Source: an uncultured Clostridia bacterium
Lineage (GTDB): Bacteria > Bacillota > Clostridia > Christensenellales > Borkfalkiaceae
Direction: 5' to 3'
Length of the DNA stretch: 64,000 bases
Assembly: GCA_947087265.1 (NCBI GenBank)
Contig: CAMUBY010000007.1
Coordinates: forward strand, 2,758-66,757
The notes under the pieces: model-generated
Databases searched by the model: none
What the model was told of the DNA's origin: nothing
The model's input: only the letters and a program-made list of their open reading frames with translations
Part shown: piece by piece, positions 20,763 through 29,522 of the stretch
Layout of the letters: each line of letters begins with the position of its first letter
Position numbering within the stretch: the stretch's first letter is position 1
Translations under genes and position numbers: made by a program

Positions 20763-21598
20763 CGCTTCTTTCTCTGAAAATTTTTGATTGTTTCTTTGAT
20801 TTCCTGCATCTTCGCCTTGGCTTCGTTGTAACCGATTTCCATCATGGCGTCCATTGCGGCAGGCGATACGTCCGTCGCGCGGTAATCGTAGAGATAAGGT
20901 TTCAGCATGACGTCCGCCGCGTCATAACCGCGCGATTTGGCATTGTCGAGCGTTTTGACGGGCACGAACGCGTTAATAGCCGAACCCACAAGGCGGCTGA
21001 GTTTTCCCTTTTCTTCGTCGGGGCGAACGTATGCGGAAAGGTCTACGGCAATCACAACATCCGCGCCCATACTCTTACAGACGTCGGCGGGAATGGCGTT
21101 GGTATACGCGCCGTCGTATAAGCGTCTCCCTTCCCATTCCACTGCTCTGAAAAAGGGCGGTATTGCCGCGGATGCCGTGAGTGCGCGCGCGGTGTTGCCC
21201 GCATTCAAAAGCACGCCCTCGTTGGTTGAACCGTCCGTCGCCCAAGCGGCAAACGGTTTGGGAAGAGAGGAAATTTCCCCTTCCAGATAATGCGATAAAA
21301 ATTCTTCTGCAAACGCGAGGTCGGCAAACGGGTGCAGATTTGACGAAAATTCTTTGCGGTTCAGACTTTCGATGATGCCGAACATATCCTGCGCGGTATA
21401 ACCCTTTGCATACAGTGCGCCGACAATCGCGCCGATTGACGTACCCGTAACAATCTGAAAGGAAATCCCCTCCTCCTCGAACGCTTTTAACGCGCCGAGG
21501 TGAGCAAGTCCCTTTGCGCCGCCGCTGCCGAGCGCAAGCCCGAGCGTGAGTTGTTTTTTATTTGAGAATGCCGATTTAATTCGGGCAAATAATCCCAT
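20759..21598 (-). CDS. Patatin-like phospholipase
   Basis: GSGGAKGLAHLG oxyanion motif, GTSIG nucleophile elbow, and a DGAY Asp motif. Confidence 0.85.
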   Translation of the reverse strand: MGLFARIKSAFSNKKQLTLGLALGSGGAKGLAHLGALKAFEEEGISFQIVTGTSIGAIVGALYAKGYTAQDMFGIIESLNRKEFSSNLHPFADLAFAEEFLSHYLEGEISSLPKPFAAWATDGSTNEGVLLNAGNTARALTASAAIPPFFRAVEWEGRRLYDGAYTNAIPADVCKSMGADVVIAVDLSAYVRPDEEKGKLSRLVGSAINAFVPVKTLDNAKSRGYDAADVMLKPYLYDYRATDVSPAAMDAMMEIGYNEAKAKMQEIKETIKNFQRKKR

Positions 21599-21703
21599 AA
21601 ATTCCCCCGAAGCGGAGCTCCTGTTTTAAGCGGTTCCGCTCTGTTTCATGTCCGTTCAGGACAATCTTATTTTACACATTTTTCAAAAAAATGTAAACCG
21701 TAT

Positions 21704-22564
21704 TCACACGCTTTCGCTTTTTTTATGAAATGAACTATCGCCGAGAAGATTGTGTTCCAGCCAATGCGCAACGCTGTCCTCGGTATTCCTGCCGATGACC
21801 GCAGTCGCCTTCTCTTTCAATGCGTCCGCCGCATTTCCAACGGCGTAACATTCGTCCGCCGCCGCAAACAGTGCAATATCGTTCACGTCGTCGCCGAAAC
21901 AAACGAGTTTGTCGCAACCGAGCATTTCTTTGAGTTTGATTGCGGCGGCGGCTTTGCCCGCTCTTTTCGGCAGCACTTCGAGCCAATATTCCCCCGAATA
22001 AATATCGCGCAGATAAAAACAGCGGTACTTCTCTTTCAGACTGTCATAAATACGATTCAGCGCTTGCTCTTCGTCGATACAGGTAAAATAAAAGACTTCG
22101 CCGTCCAGTGCGCTCGCTTCGTCGGAAATCTCCCGTGCGCGGCGGGATACGTCGAATACGCCGACGCGCGTTTTCAAAAATTCCCTCTGTGCGCGGCTGC
22201 CTTTATCGGAAAGAAAACTGAAACGGTTGCGCTCCTCGATGAGCGAGTAAACAAGCGGATACAACCCCGCACCGCGGAACGTTTGATAAATTTCCGCGCT
22301 CTCGGCTTTTGTAAATCCGTGAAAGAGAAGAGTTTTTCCGTTTGTACCGTCCGCAAGGAAAGTACCGTTATGCACAATGACGGGAAGCGTAATTTTGCAA
22401 CGTTTCATAATTTCGCTTGCGGTTGCAAACGAACGCGCCGTCGCGTAAGAAAAAAGCACCCCGCGCGCGGCAAGACGGTTCAAAACAGAAACCGTGTATT
22501 CGCTCACTCGCTCGTCGGGGTGCAATAATGTACCGTCTAAATCGCTTACATACAGCGTTCTCAT
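21704..22564 (-). CDS. HAD-superfamily Cof-type hydrolase
   Basis: The DLDGTLL motif I and GDDVNDI motif IV are present. Confidence 0.8.
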   Translation of the reverse strand: MRTLYVSDLDGTLLHPDERVSEYTVSVLNRLAARGVLFSYATARSFATASEIMKRCKITLPVIVHNGTFLADGTNGKTLLFHGFTKAESAEIYQTFRGAGLYPLVYSLIEERNRFSFLSDKGSRAQREFLKTRVGVFDVSRRAREISDEASALDGEVFYFTCIDEEQALNRIYDSLKEKYRCFYLRDIYSGEYWLEVLPKRAGKAAAAIKLKEMLGCDKLVCFGDDVNDIALFAAADECYAVGNAADALKEKATAVIGRNTEDSVAHWLEHNLLGDSSFHKKSESV

Positions 22565-23403
22565 TATAACTCCAAACTCATGCCGTCATGTGCGGCAAGA
22601 TAGCCGTACTCTTTGCAGGCACGGCGGATATTTTTCTTTGACGGTTCGCTATTGTGCGAAAAATGCGTAATCACTTTTACGGTACGCTTATCCGCAAGCC
22701 CAATCTCCTCCAACCGATTGAGCACAACCGCATTTTCTCTAAGCCCCATGTGCCGCGCGTTTTCCTGCGCCGCATTCCAAAGGAATGTACAGTCGAACGT
22801 AATCAAATCGAGCGGCGCACCGCCGAGCGCCGATAAAAACTCATAATCTTCTTCGGGCAACAGCCCCGTATCGGTGAGGTGCAGAATACGCTTGCCGTCT
22901 TTTTCTATGAGGAATACAAACGGCTCTTGGGAAGAATGGCGCGCTTTCAGAGGATATACGGTATAACCGCCGAACTGTGTCTTTTCAAACGCGCGCAGAA
23001 TATGAACGGAAATGGTTTGCGCTACGCTTTCCCGAAGTTCCCTGCGGGTGCATTTGGAAAAAATCTCCGCCGCTTCGGCATTCGCATAAATGTCGAGCGT
23101 AGGTGAAGTCATGTGAAACGCATACTTGTAGCCGCGCAGAATAAAGTCGTGCGCGTAGAAATGGTCCATGTGCGAATGGGTTACCAGCAAATATCTGACA
23201 GCGGAAAGGTCGGCGCCCAAAACGCCGTTGTGATAAAAAGCGTCGGGCGGAAAATCAACGGAAAGTTCGCCGTCCACAAGCACCTGTGAACGGGAACGGA
23301 CTTCTGCTCCCCCGCGTTTTCTCACGCCTTTACAGTATTCGCAATTACAGAACAGTGCGGGAATACCCTCCGCCGCCCCCGTTCCGAGATAGGTAACCTT
23401 CAT
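22564..23403 (-). CDS. MBL-fold metallo-hydrolase (PhnP-like)
   Basis: N-terminal CNCEYC zinc cluster and THSHMDH metal motif. Confidence 0.75.
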   Translation of the reverse strand: MKVTYLGTGAAEGIPALFCNCEYCKGVRKRGGAEVRSRSQVLVDGELSVDFPPDAFYHNGVLGADLSAVRYLLVTHSHMDHFYAHDFILRGYKYAFHMTSPTLDIYANAEAAEIFSKCTRRELRESVAQTISVHILRAFEKTQFGGYTVYPLKARHSSQEPFVFLIEKDGKRILHLTDTGLLPEEDYEFLSALGGAPLDLITFDCTFLWNAAQENARHMGLRENAVVLNRLEEIGLADKRTVKVITHFSHNSEPSKKNIRRACKEYGYLAAHDGMSLEL

Positions 23404-23545
23404 AAATCACTCTTTTTCGCAAACATAAACTGCCGAATTAAACTTTTAGCCAGACTTTTTTTGTCAATCTCAAACTGTCAAGATAAACTTTCAGCCCGCG
23501 TCCGAAATGCGGAAACGGGCTGTGCGAGAAACAATTTTTACAGAC

Positions 23546-24109
23546 TTAAACTCTGCTCATATATTCGCCCGTACGGGTATCGATACGGATGGTATCGCCC
23601 TCGTTGACGAACATCGGCACTTGGAAAGTTGCGCCCGTTTCCACTTTCGCCGCCTTGGTAACGTTGGTAGCCGTGTTGCCCTTGACGCCCGGTTCCGCTT
23701 CCACAACTTTGAGTTCCACGAAATTTTCAGGCTCTACGGAGAAAGCGTTATCATAGAGGAATTTCACGGTTACGGTATCGTTTTCGCGGATATAGCGGAG
23801 CGCGTCCTCCACCTGGCTGTGGTTGAGGGGCGTAAGATTGAACTCTTCGTCCATGAAATAGTAGAATTCGCCGTCGGTGTAGGAGTAGGTCATTTTCTTG
23901 GTTTCTACCTGCGCCGTTTCGAGTTTAGTCGTAGGGTTAAACGTTTCGTCGGAAAGAACCTGTCCCGTAACTACGTTTTTGAGCGTGGTACGAACGAACG
24001 CCGCGCCCTTGCCCGGTTTTACGTGCTGGAACTCGGTGACCGTGTAAACGCCGCTCTTATATTCAAACGTCGTGCCCTTTCTGATATCGCCTGCCATAAT
24101 TTGTGCCAT
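23546..24109 (-). CDS. efp: Translation elongation factor P
   Basis: The [19 protein letters not shown] loop with the conserved modified Lys is present, at 187 aa. Confidence 0.95.
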   Translation of the reverse strand: MAQIMAGDIRKGTTFEYKSGVYTVTEFQHVKPGKGAAFVRTTLKNVVTGQVLSDETFNPTTKLETAQVETKKMTYSYTDGEFYYFMDEEFNLTPLNHSQVEDALRYIRENDTVTVKFLYDNAFSVEPENFVELKVVEAEPGVKGNTATNVTKAAKVETGATFQVPMFVNEGDTIRIDTRTGEYMSRV

Positions 24110-24131
24110 AATATAAGTTCTCCTTAAAAAA

Positions 24132-25181
24132 TTACAATATCAAGAGATTTCTCTCTGTTTTTTTCATAAACGATTGAACTTTTTCGTTCGTGAGAGATAC
24201 GGTATCCTCAATACGGATTCCCGTTTCTCCCGCGAGATATACGCCCGGTTCGTCGGAAAACACCATTCCGTCCGACAAAACTTCTTCGCTGCGCGGCGCA
24301 AGTACGGGATATTCGTGAATTTGCAGTCCCACACCGTGCCCCAGCGAATGCGTAAAATACTTATCCAAACCTTTTTCACGCAGGTATCCGCGCGCGATTT
24401 CGTCCGCTTCGCGCCCCGTCATTCCTGCGTGCGTCCGTTCTTTCACAAGTTCGTGCGCGGTCAGTACTTCCGCGTAAATTTTCTTGAACTCTTCGTGTTT
24501 TTTATCGTCGCCGAAGAGGAAGGTGCGCGTGCAGTCCGAACAATAGCCGCCGTATTTACAGCCGAAGTCGATAAGCACCGCGTCTCCGAATTTGAGTTTC
24601 GTATTGCCCGTTTCATGGTGCGGCACGCTGCCGTTTGCGCCGAACGCGACAATCGTTTCAAACGAAACGCCGCTTGCGCCGAACGAACGCATTTTATATT
24701 CGAGAAGCGCCGCGACCTCCGTTTCCCTCATTCCCTCTTTCAGTTCGGGAAGAAGCGCAAGAAAAGCGTCTTCCGCAATTTCGCACGCTTTCTGAATGAA
24801 CGCAAGTTCTTCGGAAGTTTTCACTTCCATAGCGGTTTTAAGCGCAGGCATACAGTCCACCAGCGTAAATCCGCTTTTTTTGAGCGTTTCCGCGCGGGAT
24901 AAGTATACAAACGGATAAGGCACGCCCACCGTTTTTGCGCCGTCAAGCAGCGCCTCTGCCTGTTGATACAACCCTTCATGCAAGCGCACGGCAGAACCTT
25001 TCAACGCTTTTTCCGCCGCCTCGTAGTAGCGCGAATCGACAACGAGCGATAAACCCTCTCGCGTAAGAACCGCATAGCCGTCTGTCGAATAAAAACCTGT
25101 CAGATAGCGGCGGATAAAATCCTGTTCGAGAAACAGCGCGTCCGCGCCGCATTCCGCATATATTTTGCGCAATTTATCCAT
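24132..25181 (-). CDS. M24-family Xaa-Pro aminopeptidase
   Basis: Metal ligands are in [29 protein letters not shown] and GIRIED. It shows the conserved pairing with efp. Confidence 0.85.
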   Translation of the reverse strand: MDKLRKIYAECGADALFLEQDFIRRYLTGFYSTDGYAVLTREGLSLVVDSRYYEAAEKALKGSAVRLHEGLYQQAEALLDGAKTVGVPYPFVYLSRAETLKKSGFTLVDCMPALKTAMEVKTSEELAFIQKACEIAEDAFLALLPELKEGMRETEVAALLEYKMRSFGASGVSFETIVAFGANGSVPHHETGNTKLKFGDAVLIDFGCKYGGYCSDCTRTFLFGDDKKHEEFKKIYAEVLTAHELVKERTHAGMTGREADEIARGYLREKGLDKYFTHSLGHGVGLQIHEYPVLAPRSEEVLSDGMVFSDEPGVYLAGETGIRIEDTVSLTNEKVQSFMKKTERNLLIL

Positions 25182-25192
25182 AGGTTGTCCAT

Positions 25193-25221
25193 ATTATACC
25201 AAAAGTATAGAGTCAAGTCAA
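25193..25221 (-). promoter_or_regulatory. Sigma-A type promoter for the aminopeptidase-efp operon (very short or no leader)
   Basis: The minus strand reads TTGACT-17 nt-TATAAT with a TGG extended -10. The -10 ends 11 nt before the ATG at 25181. Confidence 0.55.
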
Positions 25222-25479
25222 GGTTTTTTGAAAAATTATAATCAAATGTAAACAGCGCGGCATTTCTTAAAAAACGCCGCGCCCGTCATTCAATTCAAAT
25301 GCGCTAAAAATATTACAATAGTTCATCTGCCGCCCATTACGTTCGGCTTTGCGTTTGTTTCGCCGCACTTTTGCTTTCGGCAATCATATTTTTGACCGTC
25401 GCTTTAATTTCTTCCGCAACGCCGCGGTTGTTTTTGTGGTTGTTTTTACGTTTGTTATGGTTGGTTACTTTATGGGGGA

Positions 25480-25611
25480 GAAAAACTAGGGTTTTCGGCA
25501 CGTACCGTTTCCGATTGGGAGCACGGAAATACCGAACCGAATATTGCAACAATCAAAGCAATCGTAAAATTATTCGATATCAGTTATGAAGAATTTTTCG
25601 GTGAAATATAA
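25480..25611 (+). pseudogene. Remnant of an XRE-family HTH gene (3' two-thirds only, no start codon)
   Basis: Frame 1 reads EKLGFSARTVSDWEHGNTEPNIATIKAIVKLFDISYEEFFGEI-stop. The frame opens after a stop at 25405-25407 and has no start codon and no first helix upstream. Confidence 0.45.
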
Positions 25612-25616
25612 ATATA

Positions 25617-25658
25617 AACCGACGCGCCGCCTGAATAAAGGCGGCGCGTCGGTTTTCT
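25617..25658. terminator. Strong bidirectional rho-independent terminator
   Basis: A 13-bp perfect stem, ccgacgcgccgcc (25619-25631) pairing with ggcggcgcgtcgg (25640-25652), is followed by a T-run. Confidence 0.8.
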
Positions 25659-25671
25659 TATCTTGATTAAA

Positions 25672-26523
25672 TTATCCCCTCGCCTGTTCGTAAACGCGTT
25701 TCATGTAGGCGGCATCCTCGATTTGCGTGCCTGCCGACTCGCTCACGATATACGGCTCCAACTTCCATTCGAGGAGCACTTCCGCAAGCGGCTCGAATTC
25801 GGGGCCGTACACGGTATCTTCAAACGTAAGGTGTTTTATCTCCCCCCGTGCGCCGTACATGATTTTTGAAAAATGTACGTGAAAGTGTTTCATGCGCTCG
25901 AAGCCGAGGCGGTCAATCATATACCCGATGAGACGCTTATAGTCGTCCGCCGTTTTCAGACTCCCCTGCTCGCGCGAATTGACGTGACCGAAATCCACGC
26001 AAGGCGTATAGATATTGTCCACTTTGCAAAAGCGCGTAATCTCCTCGACCGTGCCGATTTGCGCGAGTTTGCCCATCGTTTCGGGGCAGAACATCAAATC
26101 CTGCAAGCCGTTCAAATAGATATAATCGCGCAGAATGTTCAACCGTTCTTCGGTACGCATGACGACGGTTTCGCGCCCCTCTTTGCCCTGCGCGGCAGGG
26201 TGAAAGACGAGGCGTTTCCCGCCCAATAATTTTAACGCTTTTGCGCTGTCCAGAACGTAGCCGTAAGACTTTGCCGCCATCTCGTCGTCGGGGTTGCCGA
26301 AATTGATAAAGTAAGGCGCGTGCACGGAAATTTCCACGCCCGCCCGCTCAAACGCCGCGCCGATAGAGCGCGCCTTGCTTTCCGTCATACGCACGCCTCG
26401 CCCGAAGGAATATTCAAAGCAGTCGAGTCCGTGCTCTTTGACGAACGCCGCCGAATCTTCGGAGTGTTCGTAACCCGCCGCATAAAAACTTTCGCTGTTT
26501 CCGCTCGGTCCGAATTTTATCAT
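25672..26523 (-). CDS. Endonuclease IV (Nfo)-like / xylose-isomerase-like TIM-barrel protein
   Basis: The ISVHAPYFINFGNP motif resembles the Nfo HAxYLIN motif. Later HFHVHFS and DFGH metal-type motifs are present. Confidence 0.65.
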   Translation of the reverse strand: MIKFGPSGNSESFYAAGYEHSEDSAAFVKEHGLDCFEYSFGRGVRMTESKARSIGAAFERAGVEISVHAPYFINFGNPDDEMAAKSYGYVLDSAKALKLLGGKRLVFHPAAQGKEGRETVVMRTEERLNILRDYIYLNGLQDLMFCPETMGKLAQIGTVEEITRFCKVDNIYTPCVDFGHVNSREQGSLKTADDYKRLIGYMIDRLGFERMKHFHVHFSKIMYGARGEIKHLTFEDTVYGPEFEPLAEVLLEWKLEPYIVSESAGTQIEDAAYMKRVYEQARG

Positions 26524-27374
26524 ACCTTTTCAATGTCCTTTTTTAACTGATTTTTGAGTTCCGTTTCGGAAGAAAACTTCTGCACGGGGCGCAGAAATTC
26601 CGTCGGATAAATTCTGATTTCCGTACCGTACAAATCGCCCGAAAATCCTTTCAGATACGCTTCCGTCTTTTTTTCTTCCACGCCGAACGTGGGGCGTGCA
26701 CCGAAGTTGATAATCGCAGGAAACCGCCCTGCGCCCGTTTCGGCAAATCCGCCGTATACACCTTCTTTCAACGGAAATTTGGTGTTCGGATAGGTAAGAT
26801 TGAGCGTAGGAAAACCGTATGTATGGCCGACGCCGCGCCCCCTTTCTACCCTTCCCTGCAAAAAAAAGCCGCCCGACAAGATACGGTTGGCGTTCTTTAA
26901 GTCGCCGCCGAGTAAACATTTCTTCACCGTGGAAGTCGCAATCTTTTCGCCGCCGTCCGTCTTCAATGGCAATGCGGTCACAGGGCAGGGCGCGGATTGT
27001 TTCAGCAGTTCTATGGTGCCGAGCGCGTCTTTGCCGAAACGGAAATCTTCGCCGCAAAACACCGCTTTCACGTTGATTTTTTCAAACAACCCGCGCAGAA
27101 AATCGTCCGCGGAGGTATTCTTCAACGATTCGGAAAATTCAATTTCATGCACAAACGAAAACCCTTCGCGCGCAAAAATAAACTCGCGCTCCGCAAACGT
27201 GAATACGTCGCCGCCGAACTTTCCACCCGAAATGGTCGTAAGCCCTACGGGCAACCCCGTCTCTTTCGCTTTTGCTAGCAACGTTTCATGCCCGATATGG
27301 AACCCGTCGAAACCGCCCAAGAGAAGCGCACAGGGTTCTTTATAATTTTCTCCGTCGTGCAATACCTTTAACAT
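26520..27374 (-). CDS. ribF: Bifunctional riboflavin kinase / FAD synthetase
   Basis: GGFDGFHIGH nucleotidyltransferase motif and C-terminal kinase motif GRGVGHTYGFPTLN. It shows truB-ribF synteny. Confidence 0.9.
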   Translation of the reverse strand: MLKVLHDGENYKEPCALLLGGFDGFHIGHETLLAKAKETGLPVGLTTISGGKFGGDVFTFAEREFIFAREGFSFVHEIEFSESLKNTSADDFLRGLFEKINVKAVFCGEDFRFGKDALGTIELLKQSAPCPVTALPLKTDGGEKIATSTVKKCLLGGDLKNANRILSGGFFLQGRVERGRGVGHTYGFPTLNLTYPNTKFPLKEGVYGGFAETGAGRFPAIINFGARPTFGVEEKKTEAYLKGFSGDLYGTEIRIYPTEFLRPVQKFSSETELKNQLKKDIEKV

Positions 27375-28201
27375 AATTTTTTCTCCGCGCGCGCAATGCC
27401 GTTTTGCACGCGTGCCAAACCGTAAAACACGCCTTCACGGTACAGTTTATAGAGTCCGTCCGCGTTATCGCAAGGCACGCTCACGCCGTTGAAAATACGC
27501 GCGTCCGCCGCCCCGAATACAGGATAGGGTAATACGCTTTCGGTGGGAATCAAAAATTCTTCCACGTTTTCACGCGTGAGTTTATCGAGCCGCACCGCCG
27601 TTTGTTCGTCGAACACGCCGCTGCGGTTTCTTATGAGTGCGGACATATATGCGTTCGTACCGAGCAATTTAGCCAAATCCCGTGCCAAGGCACGGATATA
27701 CGTTCCGCCGCCGCAGGTAATTTCAAACGAGTATTCGTCCGTGCCCGTTTGTTCGAGCAAGCGAAAATCATCGACGCGCACTCTTTTGGGCGCAAGCTCA
27801 AACTCCGCGCCCGCACGCGCGAGTTCGTAGCCGCGCTTGCCGTTCACGCTTTTCGCACTGTATTTGGGAGGTATCTGTTCGATTTCGCCCGTCAACTCAG
27901 GCAGCGCCGCCGCAATCTCCTCCGCGTTCGGCACTCTGCCGCCGAACACCTGTTCCCCCTCCCTGTCGAGCGTGGGAGTGGTAACGCCGAAGCGAAAACG
28001 CGCCGTGTATCCTTTGGTTTTTCCCGAAAAATAATCGAAGAGGCGAGTCGCATTCCCCACGCCGACGGGAAGCACTCCCTCGGCAAGCGGGTCGAGCGTT
28101 CCCATGTGACCTGCAGGCGTGCGGCAAAGCCACTTCACCCGATTCGTCACGAACGCCGACGAAACTCCCTCTTCCTTGTAAATATTGATAAATCCCGTCA
28201 T
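27368..28201 (-). CDS. truB: tRNA pseudouridine(55) synthase
   Basis: The catalytic HMGTLDPLAEGVLPV motif is present (Asp in TLDP). Confidence 0.9.
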   Translation of the reverse strand: MTGFINIYKEEGVSSAFVTNRVKWLCRTPAGHMGTLDPLAEGVLPVGVGNATRLFDYFSGKTKGYTARFRFGVTTPTLDREGEQVFGGRVPNAEEIAAALPELTGEIEQIPPKYSAKSVNGKRGYELARAGAEFELAPKRVRVDDFRLLEQTGTDEYSFEITCGGGTYIRALARDLAKLLGTNAYMSALIRNRSGVFDEQTAVRLDKLTRENVEEFLIPTESVLPYPVFGAADARIFNGVSVPCDNADGLYKLYREGVFYGLARVQNGIARAEKKLC

Positions 28202-29166
28202 AAATTCCCGAGTTGCGAAACCGTAAACGTCAGTCGGTCGTAAATTTCTTCAATGCTTCCGAACAGCATACAGCCCGAAGCAAGAATGTGTCCGCCGCCG
28301 CCGAACGTCCGCGCAATTTCGTTCACGTTGACTTTCCCTTTGGAACGGAAAGATACTTTATACTGCTCCGCCTTCACTTCCATGAGGCAGACGCTGACTT
28401 CCACCGTATCGATAGTGAGCGCGAAATCGACGATACCCTCCGTTGCGTCCTGTTTGAGCCCGTATTTTTCGAGCGCTTCCTTTTCAACGAGCGAAATCGC
28501 AAGTTTATCGTCCGCATAAAAACGCAGTTTTGAAAGCACCTGGAGATAGAGCGACGCGCGCGCCTTGCTCTGTTTTTTAAAAATTTCGTAAGTGATACGG
28601 TTGACGTCCGCGCCTGCGTCCGCGCAATACGCCGCAGCGCGGAACGTATCGCCGTTTACGTCCGAGTGAGAAAACCCGCCCGAATCGGTTACCATACCCG
28701 TCAAGAGATATTCCGCAACCGTTTTATCGGGCGCCACGCCGAGCGCCGTAATCAGTTCCGCGATATTTTCGCAGTTGCTCGCGCGTTCGCGCACAAAATT
28801 GTACTTGCAAAAACGGGTGTTGGAAACGTGGTGGTCGATATTCACCGTCAGTTTTCCCTTTCCTGCAGCACGTAGAAAAGTTTGCTGTAATTCCCCGAGC
28901 CGCGCCTCGTCGCTCGTATCTACACAGATATAGCAGTCCGCATTTTCCGAAGGCACGCGCCCGATTTTTCCTATCCCTTCGAGAAAGGAAAACTTATCGG
29001 GAATTTCGCCCTCGTTAACGACCTGCGCTTTTTTTCCCAGAAGTTCGAGCGCGCGGCAAAGCGCCATGCCGCTGCCGATAGTATCGCCGTCGGGGCGGAC
29101 GTGCGTGAAAATCACCGCGTTTTTTACTTTTTTGAGTACCCCTGCAATTTCGGGAATGGTGTTCAT
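28198..29166 (-). CDS. nrnA: DHH/DHHA1 phosphoesterase (NrnA-type oligoribonuclease / pAp phosphatase)
   Basis: HVRPDGDTIGS, DHH (NIDHHVSN) and GGGH motifs. Confidence 0.85.
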   Translation of the reverse strand: MNTIPEIAGVLKKVKNAVIFTHVRPDGDTIGSGMALCRALELLGKKAQVVNEGEIPDKFSFLEGIGKIGRVPSENADCYICVDTSDEARLGELQQTFLRAAGKGKLTVNIDHHVSNTRFCKYNFVRERASNCENIAELITALGVAPDKTVAEYLLTGMVTDSGGFSHSDVNGDTFRAAAYCADAGADVNRITYEIFKKQSKARASLYLQVLSKLRFYADDKLAISLVEKEALEKYGLKQDATEGIVDFALTIDTVEVSVCLMEVKAEQYKVSFRSKGKVNVNEIARTFGGGGHILASGCMLFGSIEEIYDRLTFTVSQLGNL

Positions 29167-29522
29167 TCGTTTCCGTCCTTGTGCAGTTTTGCGAAAATAT
29201 CGTCCATCTTTGCGCCGTATTCCATGCTCTTATCCTCGAAAAAGGTGAGCGCAGGCACGGTGCGCGTGCGCATCACAGAGGAAAGTTCGCGGCGGATAAA
29301 CCCTGCGTTCTCCCGAATGACAGCAAGCGTCTGCTGTTTTTCATCGGGAGTAACCGCATAGACGCTGACGTAAATTTTCGCCGTTTTTAAGTCGGGCGCG
29401 ACGTCCGCTTCAGTTACGCTGACAAGCCCTTTCAAGTTGGGTTCCTTGTTTTTGAGCGCGCCCGAAAGAATGGCGGAAATTTCTTTTCTGTATTCGCTGT
29501 CCAGTCGTTCGGTGCGGTTCAT
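29163..29522 (-). CDS. rbfA: Ribosome-binding factor A
   Basis: 119 aa, with VSVTEADVAPDLKTAKIYVS typical of RbfA. It lies immediately downstream of infB. Confidence 0.9.
   Translation of the reverse strand: MNRTERLDSEYRKEISAILSGALKNKEPNLKGLVSVTEADVAPDLKTAKIYVSVYAVTPDEKQQTLAVIRENAGFIRRELSSVMRTRTVPALTFFEDKSMEYGAKMDDIFAKLHKDGNE

Noticed and set aside
23404-23545. A possible hairpin (cagcccg...cgggctg) downstream of efp as a terminator
   Set aside because: The stem has a long, partly structured loop and no T-run on the efp strand. It is too weak to annotate.
25337-25552. A 71-aa minus-strand ORF and a 72-aa plus-strand ORF (25371..25589) in the efp-side intergenic region
   Set aside because: The two overlap each other and the HTH remnant. 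They have no RBS, and their translations are compositionally odd (Asn/Lys/His runs; Leu/Trp/Phe runs). The only recognisable coding signal here is the frame-1 HTH remnant.
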